From: a virus
Taxonomy: Duplodnaviria; Caudoviricetes
Reading direction: 5' to 3' (one strand)
IMG/VR virus record: IMGVR_UViG_3300031463_000426
Coordinates: 1-44,971 of that record
Length of the DNA stretch: 44,971 nucleotides
The position numbers and the translations under genes are program-made. Shown one piece after another: positions 35,949 through 44,471 of the stretch. The number at the start of each line of letters is the position of its first letter. Positions within the stretch are counted from its first letter, which is position 1. Below the pieces are notes generated by a model. That model ran no database searches and was not told the origin of the DNA. It saw only the letters and a program-made list of their open reading frames with translations.

Positions 35949-36827
35949 TTATATGTTCCAACGACGCGGGTCCAGCACATCGTGTTGCATCCAGTAATCC
36001 GCCGACACCGGAAACGAAGCCTCGTCGGTCACCACCCGCCGAGGAAGCGACAGCTTGCGCATGTCCTCCTCAATGGCCGCCTGCAGCAGGTCCTGATATT
36101 CGTTCTGAGCCAGTTGATACAGTTGCAGGTATTCCTTTCGCGTAGGAACCATCTGCATGTAAGCGGTCATCTTGGCGTGGGCCAGGACGACCCGCTCAGG
36201 GATGAGGGAGGTGTCGTCCTCCGCGGTCAACTCAGGAAGGCGGCGGTTATACCAGAGGCGCAAAGTGTACGCCTGGTCCGGAACCGGCCACAGCTCCAAA
36301 GTCGTGTCATCGAGGTCCAGCCAATATGTCGGCTCGCCTGTCGTGATACGGTCCGGCTCCAGCTGGTCAATGAACATTTTGCTGACGTTAGGCAACAGAT
36401 GCTGATAACGGACACTCAGGACGTTCTTGGCATCTGCTGGTTTGGCGTACTGGTGTTGAAAGATGACGTAATTGGCGGTGGTACTCGGGTCACCATACGG
36501 TTGTTCGAGGGTGAGCGTTTGGGCCGTCGGGTCCACCGCGGTTATGCGGTAGAACGGCGACTGAGTGCCACAGCGGAAGAAGCGGCCCACGAGTTCGGCG
36601 GTCCAATTGGTCCCAGAGCCAGTGACGGTGGCGGAGCCATTGATGACGGTGGCAGCACCAGTAGTGCAAGGGGGATAGGTCGTCAAAAGAGACTCACGTT
36701 TGAGGAAACTCCAGGGGTGCAAGTCCAGGAGGTGACTGTAGCTGCGGTTTATCCGCAGGCCCAGCTGGACGGCACTCAGCTCCGGAATGAACGACTGGAG
36801 CTCCATTTTCATGGTGCGGAAACTCAT
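35949..36827 (-). CDS. Head-tail adaptor with beta-barrel insert (paralogue 1)
   Basis: INR.Y..L....PW.FL, insert G.ATV.NGS.TVTGSGT.W...LTL..PY, G.P.YW, ELWPVPD.AY.L...Y, SLIPE. Confidence 0.75.
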   Translation of the reverse strand: MSFRTMKMELQSFIPELSAVQLGLRINRSYSHLLDLHPWSFLKRESLLTTYPPCTTGAATVINGSATVTGSGTNWTAELVGRFFRCGTQSPFYRITAVDPTAQTLTLEQPYGDPSTTANYVIFQHQYAKPADAKNVLSVRYQHLLPNVSKMFIDQLEPDRITTGEPTYWLDLDDTTLELWPVPDQAYTLRLWYNRRLPELTAEDDTSLIPERVVLAHAKMTAYMQMVPTRKEYLQLYQLAQNEYQDLLQAAIEEDMRKLSLPRRVVTDEASFPVSADYWMQHDVLDPRRWNI

Positions 36828-36839
36828 GGGCCACTCCCG

Positions 36840-37097
36840 TTAGGTGCCAATGACAATGAACTTGCCGCTGGCGTTCGCCGGAAGACCGGTCACCAACAGA
36901 TTCTTACGATCGCCAGAGGTCTCCTCACTGTAACCAGTCGCGCCATTCACAACGTAGTGAACAAGGTTGTTGAGCCCGGTTGCAATGCGGACCGTATCAT
37001 TCGCGGCATTCGAAGCAGTAAACGTCCCAATAAACAACCGCACATTGCCGATAGGCGTCTTTTTGAAGTTGCTGATTGTTGCATTGACTGTTGCCAT
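36840..37097 (-). CDS. Putative capsid decoration/minor head protein
   Basis: 85-aa beta-rich ORF directly after the capsid gene, RBS GGAGGG. Confidence 0.6.
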   Translation of the reverse strand: MATVNATISNFKKTPIGNVRLFIGTFTASNAANDTVRIATGLNNLVHYVVNGATGYSEETSGDRKNLLVTGLPANASGKFIVIGT

Positions 37098-37106
37098 GCG
37101 TAAACC

Positions 37107-37154
37107 CTCCAATCCGTGGGGTGGCACCCACCCGGACGCCACCCCCACCTGGAG
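37107..37154 (-). other. GC-rich RNA hairpin between capsid and decoration genes; base can pair with the downstream RBS
   Basis: Minus strand CTCCA-G-GTGGGGGTGGC...GCCACCCCAC-GGAT-TGGAG. Confidence 0.55.
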
Positions 37155-37155
37155 A

Positions 37156-38112
37156 TTAGTACTCAGTCAAGTTGGTGAACTTAAAGCAGTAGCGCGGAGC
37201 CTGCACAATCAGGTTGCCGATGGTGAGGATTTGGCCCACCCGCTGGTCGCTGTTCACCGGCCTGACCCAGTCGCTGAAGTAGAAGTTGCGGTCCTTGTTG
37301 ATGACCATTTTGACGTAGTCCGTGTTGATTCCGTAGACTACGCCCGTCGGACAGTGCATGTCCACCACCACCGCGGCGCCGTCGAAGTTGATGCCCTCGA
37401 AGCCGACGTTCACCAGGTCGGCGTGGCGCTCACCCAGGAAACGCTGTTGCGGCTGCACCAACCACCAAAGCTGGTCATAGATGCTTTGACGACAGATGAT
37501 GAGGTCGGGCTTTTTGTTGCCGATCGTCGCCTTGCCCATCGCCGTCCGCAACCGCTCCAGCGAGATGGTGCCCCCAGTGGAGTCCACGTAGGCGTTCAGA
37601 GCCTTGGCCCCAGTGCCGCCATACACGAAACCAGGACTGCGGGTGAAACCCCCGTAAGTGCCGAAGGTGTTGCCGTCGTCGATGCCGTTCCAGAGGCCGT
37701 CCCACGCCTTGGTGTCAGACGGGTTCGTGAGGATCCAGCCGGACAACATGTCCACCAGCGTGGCCTCGGCGTTTTGCATTTTGGCTTCGATCAACGGAAT
37801 CACCCCTTCGACGCCGTTGCCGATGGCGACCGACCAGTTGTCAATGGTGATGTTGACGTAGGCGCCCTTCCATTGGAAGGTGAGGTAGTCGTCCGTCTTG
37901 ACGTAGTTAACGTCGAAGGTATCCGCGTACTCATACGAGCCGCTGGTGAGTTTGCCATAGATGAATGGCTGCACGATTTCCCGGCCGCTGTCAATGATGA
38001 TTTGGTTTTTCGCCCGCAGACGGGTGAACAGCGGAGTTGCCACGAAGACATTGTCAACGAGCACGGGAATGTAGTACTGCCGTATGTGTGCAGCAAGTTC
38101 CCTTGCATCCAT
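37156..38112 (-). CDS. Major capsid protein (HK97 fold)
   Basis: 318 aa after scaffold; LVDNVF...PL...L, G..I..P..YG, PDLII, L.PQQRF, GF..I.F.GA.VV.D..CP. Confidence 0.88.
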   Translation of the reverse strand: MDARELAAHIRQYYIPVLVDNVFVATPLFTRLRAKNQIIIDSGREIVQPFIYGKLTSGSYEYADTFDVNYVKTDDYLTFQWKGAYVNITIDNWSVAIGNGVEGVIPLIEAKMQNAEATLVDMLSGWILTNPSDTKAWDGLWNGIDDGNTFGTYGGFTRSPGFVYGGTGAKALNAYVDSTGGTISLERLRTAMGKATIGNKKPDLIICRQSIYDQLWWLVQPQQRFLGERHADLVNVGFEGINFDGAAVVVDMHCPTGVVYGINTDYVKMVINKDRNFYFSDWVRPVNSDQRVGQILTIGNLIVQAPRYCFKFTNLTEY

Positions 38113-38116
38113 TTAA

Positions 38117-38881
38117 TTAACCCTCCCACTTCGAGCCGGACTGGCGCAAGGCCGACAACAACCCCTCACTGGCTTGGGCGTAAGTCGCGGGCTTCTCCGG
38201 TGGGACATAGCGGCGGGTCGCCTGAGTGGTTTCCACCACCGCCTGTTCACTCTTGCGGCGGCTCAACTCATCCTCCAGGCGCTTGCTCACTTCCTCGTCA
38301 ACCGCCTTCTTTCGTAACTCGTCATCGTAAGCGAGCCGGTAAGCAAGTTCAAGGTCGGTGATGCCTCGCTCCTTGGCGGTGTTCAGCACCCGGTCGACGT
38401 CCAAATCGGGATGTTGGAGCCGCAAGTTGAACAGTTCGTGTTGCAATCGCAACGCCCCTTCGAGAGTGCTGGCCTTGGACGACAACTCCTTGATGACGTT
38501 GTCGTACTGTTGCTTGGCCAGCAGGAAGTCTCGACGGAGGGCCTCAATCTCCTTGCTGTAGGCGCGAGGGTCGGCCTCCACGCCGTAGTCCTCCGCGCTC
38601 TCTTGGCGCTCACGCCCTGTAAGAAACTGGCCCTCCGATTGCCACCAGAGGTTCCATTGCTGGAGATTCTGCACCGCCTCCTGATACTGGCGCTGCAGCT
38701 GCTCCATTTCAGACTCCAGCTTCTTGCGCTCCTCGGCCAGCGAAGAGGTCTTCTTGAGGTAAGCCTGGCGCATCCGGTTATGTAGTTTTTCGTAGATTTT
38801 TTTCTCCTCGTCGGAGAGGGAGTTGACGTCAATGTCAAACTCCAGCTCTTCGACATCCGCCTGTTGTTTTTGTTTAGACAT
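38117..38881 (-). CDS. Capsid scaffolding protein
   Basis: Acidic coiled coil with Y.KKT..LAEERK and LE.AY motifs; between portal and capsid. Confidence 0.8.
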   Translation of the reverse strand: MSKQKQQADVEELEFDIDVNSLSDEEKKIYEKLHNRMRQAYLKKTSSLAEERKKLESEMEQLQRQYQEAVQNLQQWNLWWQSEGQFLTGRERQESAEDYGVEADPRAYSKEIEALRRDFLLAKQQYDNVIKELSSKASTLEGALRLQHELFNLRLQHPDLDVDRVLNTAKERGITDLELAYRLAYDDELRKKAVDEEVSKRLEDELSRRKSEQAVVETTQATRRYVPPEKPATYAQASEGLLSALRQSGSKWEG

Positions 38882-38899
38882 AACTCCTCCTACCGTAGT

Positions 38900-38928
38900 G
38901 TCTGTGCAATCCTCGAGGGGTCACAGAC
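38900..38928 (-). other. Intergenic hairpin before the scaffold gene
   Basis: GTCTGTG...CACAGAC arms. Confidence 0.45.
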
Positions 38929-38934
38929 GTCGTC

Positions 38935-39285
38935 TCAGAGGTTCGGTAATCTGCCAACTCCCGGTGAAGGAGTCGGCGGAATCATCGCTCCCAGAGCGGC
39001 GGCCTGACGACCACCAGGGCTCGTCTTCGCCATGCGCTCAATCGCCTTCTGCACGGTCTGGACGATTTTCGCTCCCGTTTCCGTAAGTCCCATCTGGTCC
39101 ATGCCCAACATGAGGGCCATGAGGCCTGACTGAATCAGTTCAATCGGATGAGGCGGCGTAGGGGCCGTACCCGCCGCCGAAGGCGCCGCACCCGCACCGG
39201 CGGCTTGCGTCGGCGCAGGCGCGCCTTGTTGTTGCTGCCGTCCGGCTAATTCCAACAATGCCTGCAACTGAGGGTTTCCATTCAT
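38935..39285 (-). CDS. Small Pro/Ala/Gln-rich head-region protein
   Basis: 116-aa ORF directly after a promoter. Confidence 0.65.
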   Translation of the reverse strand: MNGNPQLQALLELAGRQQQQGAPAPTQAAGAGAAPSAAGTAPTPPHPIELIQSGLMALMLGMDQMGLTETGAKIVQTVQKAIERMAKTSPGGRQAAALGAMIPPTPSPGVGRLPNL

Positions 39286-39311
39286 TGTATGTCCCTGAAT
39301 TTCTTAGGCTA

Positions 39312-39340
39312 ATTATATGTTTGAGTGTGTCCCAAGTCCA
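39312..39340 (-). promoter_or_regulatory. Sigma70-type internal late promoter driving scaffold and capsid genes
   Basis: TGGACT-N17-TATAAT with A7 UP-like tract. Confidence 0.75.
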
Positions 39341-39356
39341 CACTTTTTTTAGTTGT

Positions 39357-39404
39357 CTGGTGGGCCAGTATCCCAGCCCACCAGGGCCGCTACCTTAGCA
39401 GCGG
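39357..39404 (-). other. Two tandem RNA hairpins 3' of the protamine-like micro-gene
   Basis: CCGCUGC-UAAG-GUAGCGG and CUGGUGGGCUGG-GAUA-CUGGCCCACCAG; mismatches are G-U pairs only on the minus strand. Confidence 0.7.
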
Positions 39405-39405
39405 G

Positions 39406-39480
39406 TTAAACGATTACCGCGCGATGCTTCCGGGTGTGGCGCTTCCGGCCGCCCCGACGACCCCGTTTTCTCCGAGCCAT
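39406..39480 (-). CDS. Protamine-like 24-aa peptide MARRKRGRRGGRKRHTRKHRAVIV
   Basis: RBS AAAGGAGG 5 nt before ATG; 12/24 Arg+Lys, no acidic residues. Confidence 0.75.
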   Translation of the reverse strand: MARRKRGRRGGRKRHTRKHRAVIV

Positions 39481-39533
39481 CGTGTCCTCCTTTCCCGCAG
39501 GCACAAGGCGGCGCACTCGTGTCGCAAGGCAGG

Positions 39534-39713
39534 TTAGAGCCCGCGCCTCCGCTGCAGCCTGCGCATTTTGTGCCTTGCCCGCCGACGCCGCCGACGACGA
39601 GCAAAATCCCGCAACTGGTCCTCGTCCATGCCGGTTTCGGTAGGCTCACCCCGACGCAACCGGCCCAGTTCGGCTCCCATAAAACGACGTTGTCTCTCAC
39701 TCACAGGTGGCAT
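39534..39713 (-). CDS. DUF3008-like small protein with poly-Arg tail (59 aa)
   Basis: MPPVSERQRRFMGAELGR.R.GE...M.E.QL.DFA then RRRRRRR; RBS GGAGG; starts immediately after the portal stop. Confidence 0.75.
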   Translation of the reverse strand: MPPVSERQRRFMGAELGRLRRGEPTETGMDEDQLRDFARRRRRRRARHKMRRLQRRRGL

Positions 39714-41438
39714 TTAGATCCTCCCGGCAACTTTGGCCTGGCGCTCGAGCGGGCCGTAGCCGCGTTTGCTGCTCTTCTTGCCGACACCGGCTGGTTCGAG
39801 GCCCATCATTTGTTCCTGCATAGTGCGTTTAAGAATATTTTGCCAATCAGGCCACTCGACGGCCTCCAACAAGGCCTGGCGGTCAATCGCCCCCGCCATG
39901 TACAACTGCAAAGCCGTCAGCGCCCTCTGAATTTTGGTTAACGACAACGAGCTGCCAGGCAGGACCCGGAATTTGAAATCCCGATGCAAGTCCTTCAACG
40001 ACTCAGGCCCCAAAGCCTCACGCAACTGTTGGCGAATGAACATTACCTCCCGGAATTCGTCGCCAGGCCCATAGACGTGGAACAGTCGCTCTTCCGGATA
40101 GAACTGCAGCACCCGGGCCACGGCCTTCTGGCCGACCCGTTGGATGAGGCCCTCGAGGGCCCGAGCGTTGAGGCGCAACATGGCGCTGGCGGTCATCTGC
40201 AGTTGTTCGATGCCCAGCCCGCTTTGGACGTTTCCCGCTTTGCCCCGAGACAGAATCTCGGGAAAACCCCCCGCGTGGCTTTCCACAAAGTTCAACAGCC
40301 AGGTGAGCAAAGTAATGGTGGAGGAGGGAACGCCCGTGGGGTACTCCCGCCTCACCTCGGTGCCCGGGCGTTTCTTGATGATGGCGCCCGGCGCGTTGGT
40401 CAACTGACCCCATCCATCCGGACCTTCCGACGGGGGAAACGCCGTCTTGTCGCAAATCCAAATGGCGTTGTTCATCAGTATGACGTTTTCGACGCAGACC
40501 TCCGCCAGCTTGTTCAGCAGTTGCTGAGGGCTGCGGACCGAAGAGACTTCACTGTCGCCCCACGGTCCGTCAAGGTTGATGTACCAGTCCACCATGTCAA
40601 ACGGGTGAACGAGGTCAGAGTAGGGGTTTGGTTGGTCATGCAGGATGATGTCGCCATGGGCCCAAATGAGGTAGCGCCCCCCGGGGTACTTGCGCTTCGT
40701 CACCTCCCTGGTCTCACCCGTCCGGGTGTCAGTCAACTCAAGCTTTTCAACGGTGTAGTCCTTTAGCCAATAGTGGCGCAACAGAGTGCGAGGAACAGCC
40801 GCGGCCTGTTGCGCCCGGCGATAGAAGGGAGAGAAGACGCGAGAGACGAGGCCGGGTGGCTGGGAGTCACTCGGCGGACTCCACGGCTTCACCTTCCCCG
40901 CCGCCTCTGGAAAACGCATCTCCACTTCCGCCACCGTGGGCGTCTCCTCGAGGATGACGTACTCGGCCTCCGGCAGCTGCTCACAAGTGGCTACCCAGGG
41001 GTCGAGATAGAAGTTGCGGGGGTCAACAATGTCCAAAACGATGTCCTGGCGGCTGATTGACCACCGGGTCTGGGTCACCATCACCCCAAACGTCTGGGCA
41101 TACAACAGGCCCCGCACAATCGCCATGTCGAGGTTGTTCTCGTCCCACCACGCATTGAGGACTTCGTCCAACAGGGCGGCGGCCTTGGCATGGCCCGTGC
41201 CCTTGCGGGTCGGTTGCACCGTGAAGCGGGGCTTGGTGTCCGTCAGCATGGCGCACTTACGCTGGATGAGCGGCCGAATGATGTTGAGAATGGCGTCCGG
41301 TTTGTGGGGCGGCCGCCCATAGGGCAACTGACCAAAGCCACGCATGAGGTCGTTCGCCTTGTCCCAATCGCCGGACACCAGCTCCCGGGCCCGCTTGGCC
41401 TCCTCATACATTAGGTGCAGTTTGTCAATGAGCCTCAT
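39714..41438 (-). CDS. Portal protein (P22-like)
   Basis: N.I.P.I......LTD..P, VDP.NFY.DP, NPY....HPF, G.S.V..VR.PQ..LN, PG.II; follows terminase. Confidence 0.85.
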   Translation of the reverse strand: MRLIDKLHLMYEEAKRARELVSGDWDKANDLMRGFGQLPYGRPPHKPDAILNIIRPLIQRKCAMLTDTKPRFTVQPTRKGTGHAKAAALLDEVLNAWWDENNLDMAIVRGLLYAQTFGVMVTQTRWSISRQDIVLDIVDPRNFYLDPWVATCEQLPEAEYVILEETPTVAEVEMRFPEAAGKVKPWSPPSDSQPPGLVSRVFSPFYRRAQQAAAVPRTLLRHYWLKDYTVEKLELTDTRTGETREVTKRKYPGGRYLIWAHGDIILHDQPNPYSDLVHPFDMVDWYINLDGPWGDSEVSSVRSPQQLLNKLAEVCVENVILMNNAIWICDKTAFPPSEGPDGWGQLTNAPGAIIKKRPGTEVRREYPTGVPSSTITLLTWLLNFVESHAGGFPEILSRGKAGNVQSGLGIEQLQMTASAMLRLNARALEGLIQRVGQKAVARVLQFYPEERLFHVYGPGDEFREVMFIRQQLREALGPESLKDLHRDFKFRVLPGSSLSLTKIQRALTALQLYMAGAIDRQALLEAVEWPDWQNILKRTMQEQMMGLEPAGVGKKSSKRGYGPLERQAKVAGRI

Positions 41439-41461
41439 GCTGCCGCTCGCGCTCCTGCTGT

Positions 41462-41914
41462 TCAATCAGCTCGAGGAACTCCATCTCCTTCTTCCACCAC
41501 CACTCCGGTTTGGCGAACACGGGAGGTGTATCCGGCGTGCGTCTCCGGCTCAGCTGCAAGACCAACTGCATGACCCGTTCCAGCAGGAGCAGGAGGACTA
41601 CACCCAACAGAACAAAATCTTTGATTTGGCCATCTGGCATGGAAGGTTCTCCCACAGGTTTCGCACTTCGCCGTCACGAATTCCTCCGGCAAGGGCAACT
41701 CCCGCATCGTCCAAATGACGTCCAGCGCCGGGGCCGTGTACTCGCCATTTGAGTACATGCGGCGCAGCAAGGCGACCACATAGACCCACAGGGGAACCCG
41801 GAACTTGCGAGCGGTGTCCAACAGACACTGCGCGGCAAGCGGCGGCTTCAGTTGCTCCACCAGCCGTCGGGCGCACTCTTCGAGGTCGCACTCCACCTTC
41901 TTTATGGTTTTCAT
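41462..41914 (-). CDS. Zinc-finger protein
   Basis: CETCGRTF......QRFCSVGC; RBS GGGGA; ATGA overlap with the upstream micro-ORF. Confidence 0.7.
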   Translation of the reverse strand: MKTIKKVECDLEECARRLVEQLKPPLAAQCLLDTARKFRVPLWVYVVALLRRMYSNGEYTAPALDVIWTMRELPLPEEFVTAKCETCGRTFHARWPNQRFCSVGCSPPAPAGTGHAVGLAAEPETHAGYTSRVRQTGVVVEEGDGVPRAD

Positions 41915-42006
41915 TTTATGATCCCCCTGACGGGAAGACGTCGCGGCTTGTGGGGCTGATTGGCCCACTTTGCCCACCGCTTGCTGACTTTCTTTTTCCG
42001 GGCCAT
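41911..42006 (-). CDS. Basic 31-aa peptide MARKKKVSKRWAKWANQPHKPRRLPVRGIIK
   Basis: RBS GGGAGGTG; stop overlaps the next ATG; 12/31 Arg+Lys, no acidic residues. Confidence 0.7.
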   Translation of the reverse strand: MARKKKVSKRWAKWANQPHKPRRLPVRGIIK

Positions 42007-42047
42007 GCCATTCACCTCCCAATCACTTTAAAGAAAACGACGGCGTC

Positions 42048-42164
42048 TCATCTGATGAGAACTCTTCTGGTTTCGGCGGGGGTCAAACTCCTTGGAGCGT
42101 CAACGATTTGGTTGACCCACTGTCTCCGAGTCCGTTTCCGCTTCCGCTTTACAATACGAGCCAT
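42048..42164 (-). CDS. Basic 38-aa peptide MARIVKRKRKRTRRQWVNQIVDAPRSLTPAETRRVLIR
   Basis: RBS AGGAG; overlaps the terL stop; similar to the 41911 peptide. Confidence 0.68.
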   Translation of the reverse strand: MARIVKRKRKRTRRQWVNQIVDAPRSLTPAETRRVLIR

Positions 42165-43885
42165 GATTTGGTCTCCTGGTGGTGGCGACCCCGGGGGTCC
42201 CCACCGTCAATGAACGGCGCGGGCAAGATGACGTTGCCCAGGCGGTTCGAGGTTGGCGGTTTTACCAATACGGGCCGCTCCTCCGTGTAAACAAAGCTGG
42301 CGTCCGGGTCTTCGATGAAGCTGGTAACCACCGCAATCATGAAGGCACAGACGCGGTCGTCGTGGCCGCTCTCAGCCGTGTAAGTCATGGTGCCGGGGAC
42401 ACGGACGTAGAGCCACATCTCCCGCAACAGGTGCTCGCTGCGGATGCCGATGAGGCCGCTTCGCAGACAGGCGATCGTGCGGTCAATCAGAAGGGGCTTG
42501 GTGGAGATGTTGGTCTCCCAGCCGATCTTTTGGGTGTAAGTCCGGCCGACCCGGTCAAAGTATTGCCAACGATAGAAATGCCAATAATGCCGCTGGGCCT
42601 CCGACTGCGTCGTCAAGCCGTGGTTGTTGATTTCGATGGACAACATGGCGTCGTTGTAGTGACGGGCGAGGATGACCGCAAGCTGACCGAGGGCGACCGG
42701 ATCAACCTTGCCGTGCCACTCGGCCACCTGGTCGCCCAACCCTTGCGGCCACGTCCGCTTCAACACCTGCATGCACGAGTAGTCCGCCCCCGTGCCGCTG
42801 CTGGTGTCCACGCCAATCGTGTATTGGGCCTCAGGCTCCGGGTGCCCCCACACCAGCAGCAGACCGTCGTCGTTCGGTACCAGGCGCTCGTTCAGGACGT
42901 CAATGTCCCCCCGCCAAATCGGCGGCTGCGGCTTAATCTGCTTGAGGATTTTGCGGCTGAAGATCGGCTCGCCGCTGAACATCCAGCACTCCTGTTCGGT
43001 GGCCGGGTATTCCTGTTTGAACAAGTCGCTGTCGCCGTGCATGGCGTCAATCTTGTGGCGCCGCCACTTGAGCTGCTCGACGGTCAGACCCTGTTGCCGC
43101 AGCTGCTCTTCGTCTTCGTCCAGCGTCGACAAAATCTCTTCCCGCTCCTCCTCCGAGTCGAGCGGCAAAGAGTACTCGGGGATGATAGTCCAGGGAAAGA
43201 AAATCGGGTCAAACAGACTGTCGCCATTGCGGGCGGCCACCCACTCGTTGTAGAAGAAGTTGTCCACCCCGTTGGCGGTGGACTCATAGATGATGGCCGT
43301 ACCCGGAAGGTCAGGGACCATCGGAATAATGGCCGGAACGATATCCGTGGCGTTGGGCCAGAAGGCCACTTCGGAGAAGTGAACGAGGTTGAAGCTGGCG
43401 CCCCGAGGCGGCACATACTTGCCCGCCGTCTGCACTTCGATGCGAGAGCGCAGGCCGGGGTTTCGAGACCGGGACTTTTCGTCCGGGTTTTCGAACACCA
43501 GCTCCCGCCGGTTCGAGTAACGCTTCATGGGCTTCACAGCCTCCGGCAGGTTCTCGTAGAAGTTGCGGGCCATGTCAAAGATGTATCTGGTGCTGTCGTT
43601 GTCCATCGACAACACCAGAGCGTGGGTGTTGGGACAAGTGTGGACCGTCCAGAACAAAAAGGCTTCTGTGAGAGTGGAAGCCCCGGTTTGGCGAGGTTTG
43701 AGGATGATCTTGCGAATGGGCCGTCCCGCCGCCCAGTCTCGCCTGATGCTCTTCCAGATGAGCCATTGGCTGGGATACCAATGGCTGAACGGAATGACCC
43801 GCCGGTCCTTGGTGCGAATCTTGAGGCAAGTCGCACAGTAGTATTCGAAGTCCATTACCAGGCGAGTAACATCAATGTCGGTCAT
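42149..43885 (-). CDS. terL: Terminase large subunit
   Basis: ILKPRQTGAST (Walker A), HFSEVAFW (Walker B), ESTANG, FKQEYP, IGVDTSSG, E.NNHG, HDD. Confidence 0.95.
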   Translation of the reverse strand: MTDIDVTRLVMDFEYYCATCLKIRTKDRRVIPFSHWYPSQWLIWKSIRRDWAAGRPIRKIILKPRQTGASTLTEAFLFWTVHTCPNTHALVLSMDNDSTRYIFDMARNFYENLPEAVKPMKRYSNRRELVFENPDEKSRSRNPGLRSRIEVQTAGKYVPPRGASFNLVHFSEVAFWPNATDIVPAIIPMVPDLPGTAIIYESTANGVDNFFYNEWVAARNGDSLFDPIFFPWTIIPEYSLPLDSEEEREEILSTLDEDEEQLRQQGLTVEQLKWRRHKIDAMHGDSDLFKQEYPATEQECWMFSGEPIFSRKILKQIKPQPPIWRGDIDVLNERLVPNDDGLLLVWGHPEPEAQYTIGVDTSSGTGADYSCMQVLKRTWPQGLGDQVAEWHGKVDPVALGQLAVILARHYNDAMLSIEINNHGLTTQSEAQRHYWHFYRWQYFDRVGRTYTQKIGWETNISTKPLLIDRTIACLRSGLIGIRSEHLLREMWLYVRVPGTMTYTAESGHDDRVCAFMIAVVTSFIEDPDASFVYTEERPVLVKPPTSNRLGNVILPAPFIDGGDPRGRHHQETKSWLVL

Positions 43886-44396
43886 CTTCAAGCAACTCGT
43901 TCTGTCCCATGATGGTGATGAAGCGCCGCCGCCGCTGGTCAAAGTCCTCGTCAAGGTCGATGTCATCCACCTGGTACCGCATCCGGACATCGAACAGACG
44001 CTGCTCGAAGGTCTGGCCGGAGTGTTGCAGTTGTATCTGTTTGGGAGAGTTGATGCCGGTGCGGTCAAGCACCTGGATGGCGGCTTTCAGCCGCAGGTGG
44101 GGATACTCGTGCTGGTGCATGGACTCATGCAAGACGTTGACCGCGTCGGGCTGCAGTTCCCGCAACTTCCCCATGGCATCGAACAGCTGGTCGTCCGCCT
44201 GTTGCATCATCCGCTCCAGCTCCAGCTTGAACAGCGGACTATTGGTGATGACGGAGACGCGGTTCTGACTCAGACCAAGCTCTTCGGCGATTTGTTTGTT
44301 GCTCTGGCCCACCAGCTTCCGCCGCATGATCTCCCGGTGCCGAGGATTCACCCAGTCCGACCTGTGAGTCCGTTGGAAAATCCGTCTCATCGTCAT
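43872..44396 (-). CDS. terS: Terminase small subunit (N-terminal HTH)
   Basis: G.SNKQIAEELGLS..RVS HTH, RLKAA..VLDR.G; directly upstream of terL. Confidence 0.8.
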   Translation of the reverse strand: MTMRRIFQRTHRSDWVNPRHREIMRRKLVGQSNKQIAEELGLSQNRVSVITNSPLFKLELERMMQQADDQLFDAMGKLRELQPDAVNVLHESMHQHEYPHLRLKAAIQVLDRTGINSPKQIQLQHSGQTFEQRLFDVRMRYQVDDIDLDEDFDQRRRRFITIMGQNELLEDDRH

Positions 44397-44412
44397 ACGC
44401 CCTTTGGGAACA

Positions 44413-44441
44413 AGTGTGAACATAAATGTGCCAAATGTCAA
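44413..44441 (-). promoter_or_regulatory. Sigma70-type promoter for the late/packaging operon
   Basis: TTGACA-N17-CACACT (weak -10), preceded by a T tract. Confidence 0.55.
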
Positions 44442-44471
44442 GAAAAAAATGACTATGGAGGCAAAAATTTT

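Noticed and set aside
37097-37180. Programmed frameshift or read-through fusing capsid to the downstream ORF
   Set aside because: No canonical slippery heptamer near the capsid stop, and the downstream gene has its own RBS and ATG
39341-39384. Classical intrinsic terminator
   Set aside because: The T tract lies 5' of the hairpin on + and reads as an A tract on -, which fits an UP element of the 39312-39340 promoter better
41425-41640. Overlapping ORF with a hydrophobic stretch (MPDGQIKDFVLLGVVLLLLL...)
   Set aside because: Lies almost entirely within the zinc-finger gene in another frame with no convincing RBS; overprinting cannot be excluded but is unsupported
42179-43912. 577-aa + strand ORF opposite terL (also 35613-37103, 36967-38361, 9594-10625, 10671-11762, 12042-13328)
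   Set aside because: Antisense shadows of well-supported genes in high-GC3 DNA; no RBS or recognisable domains
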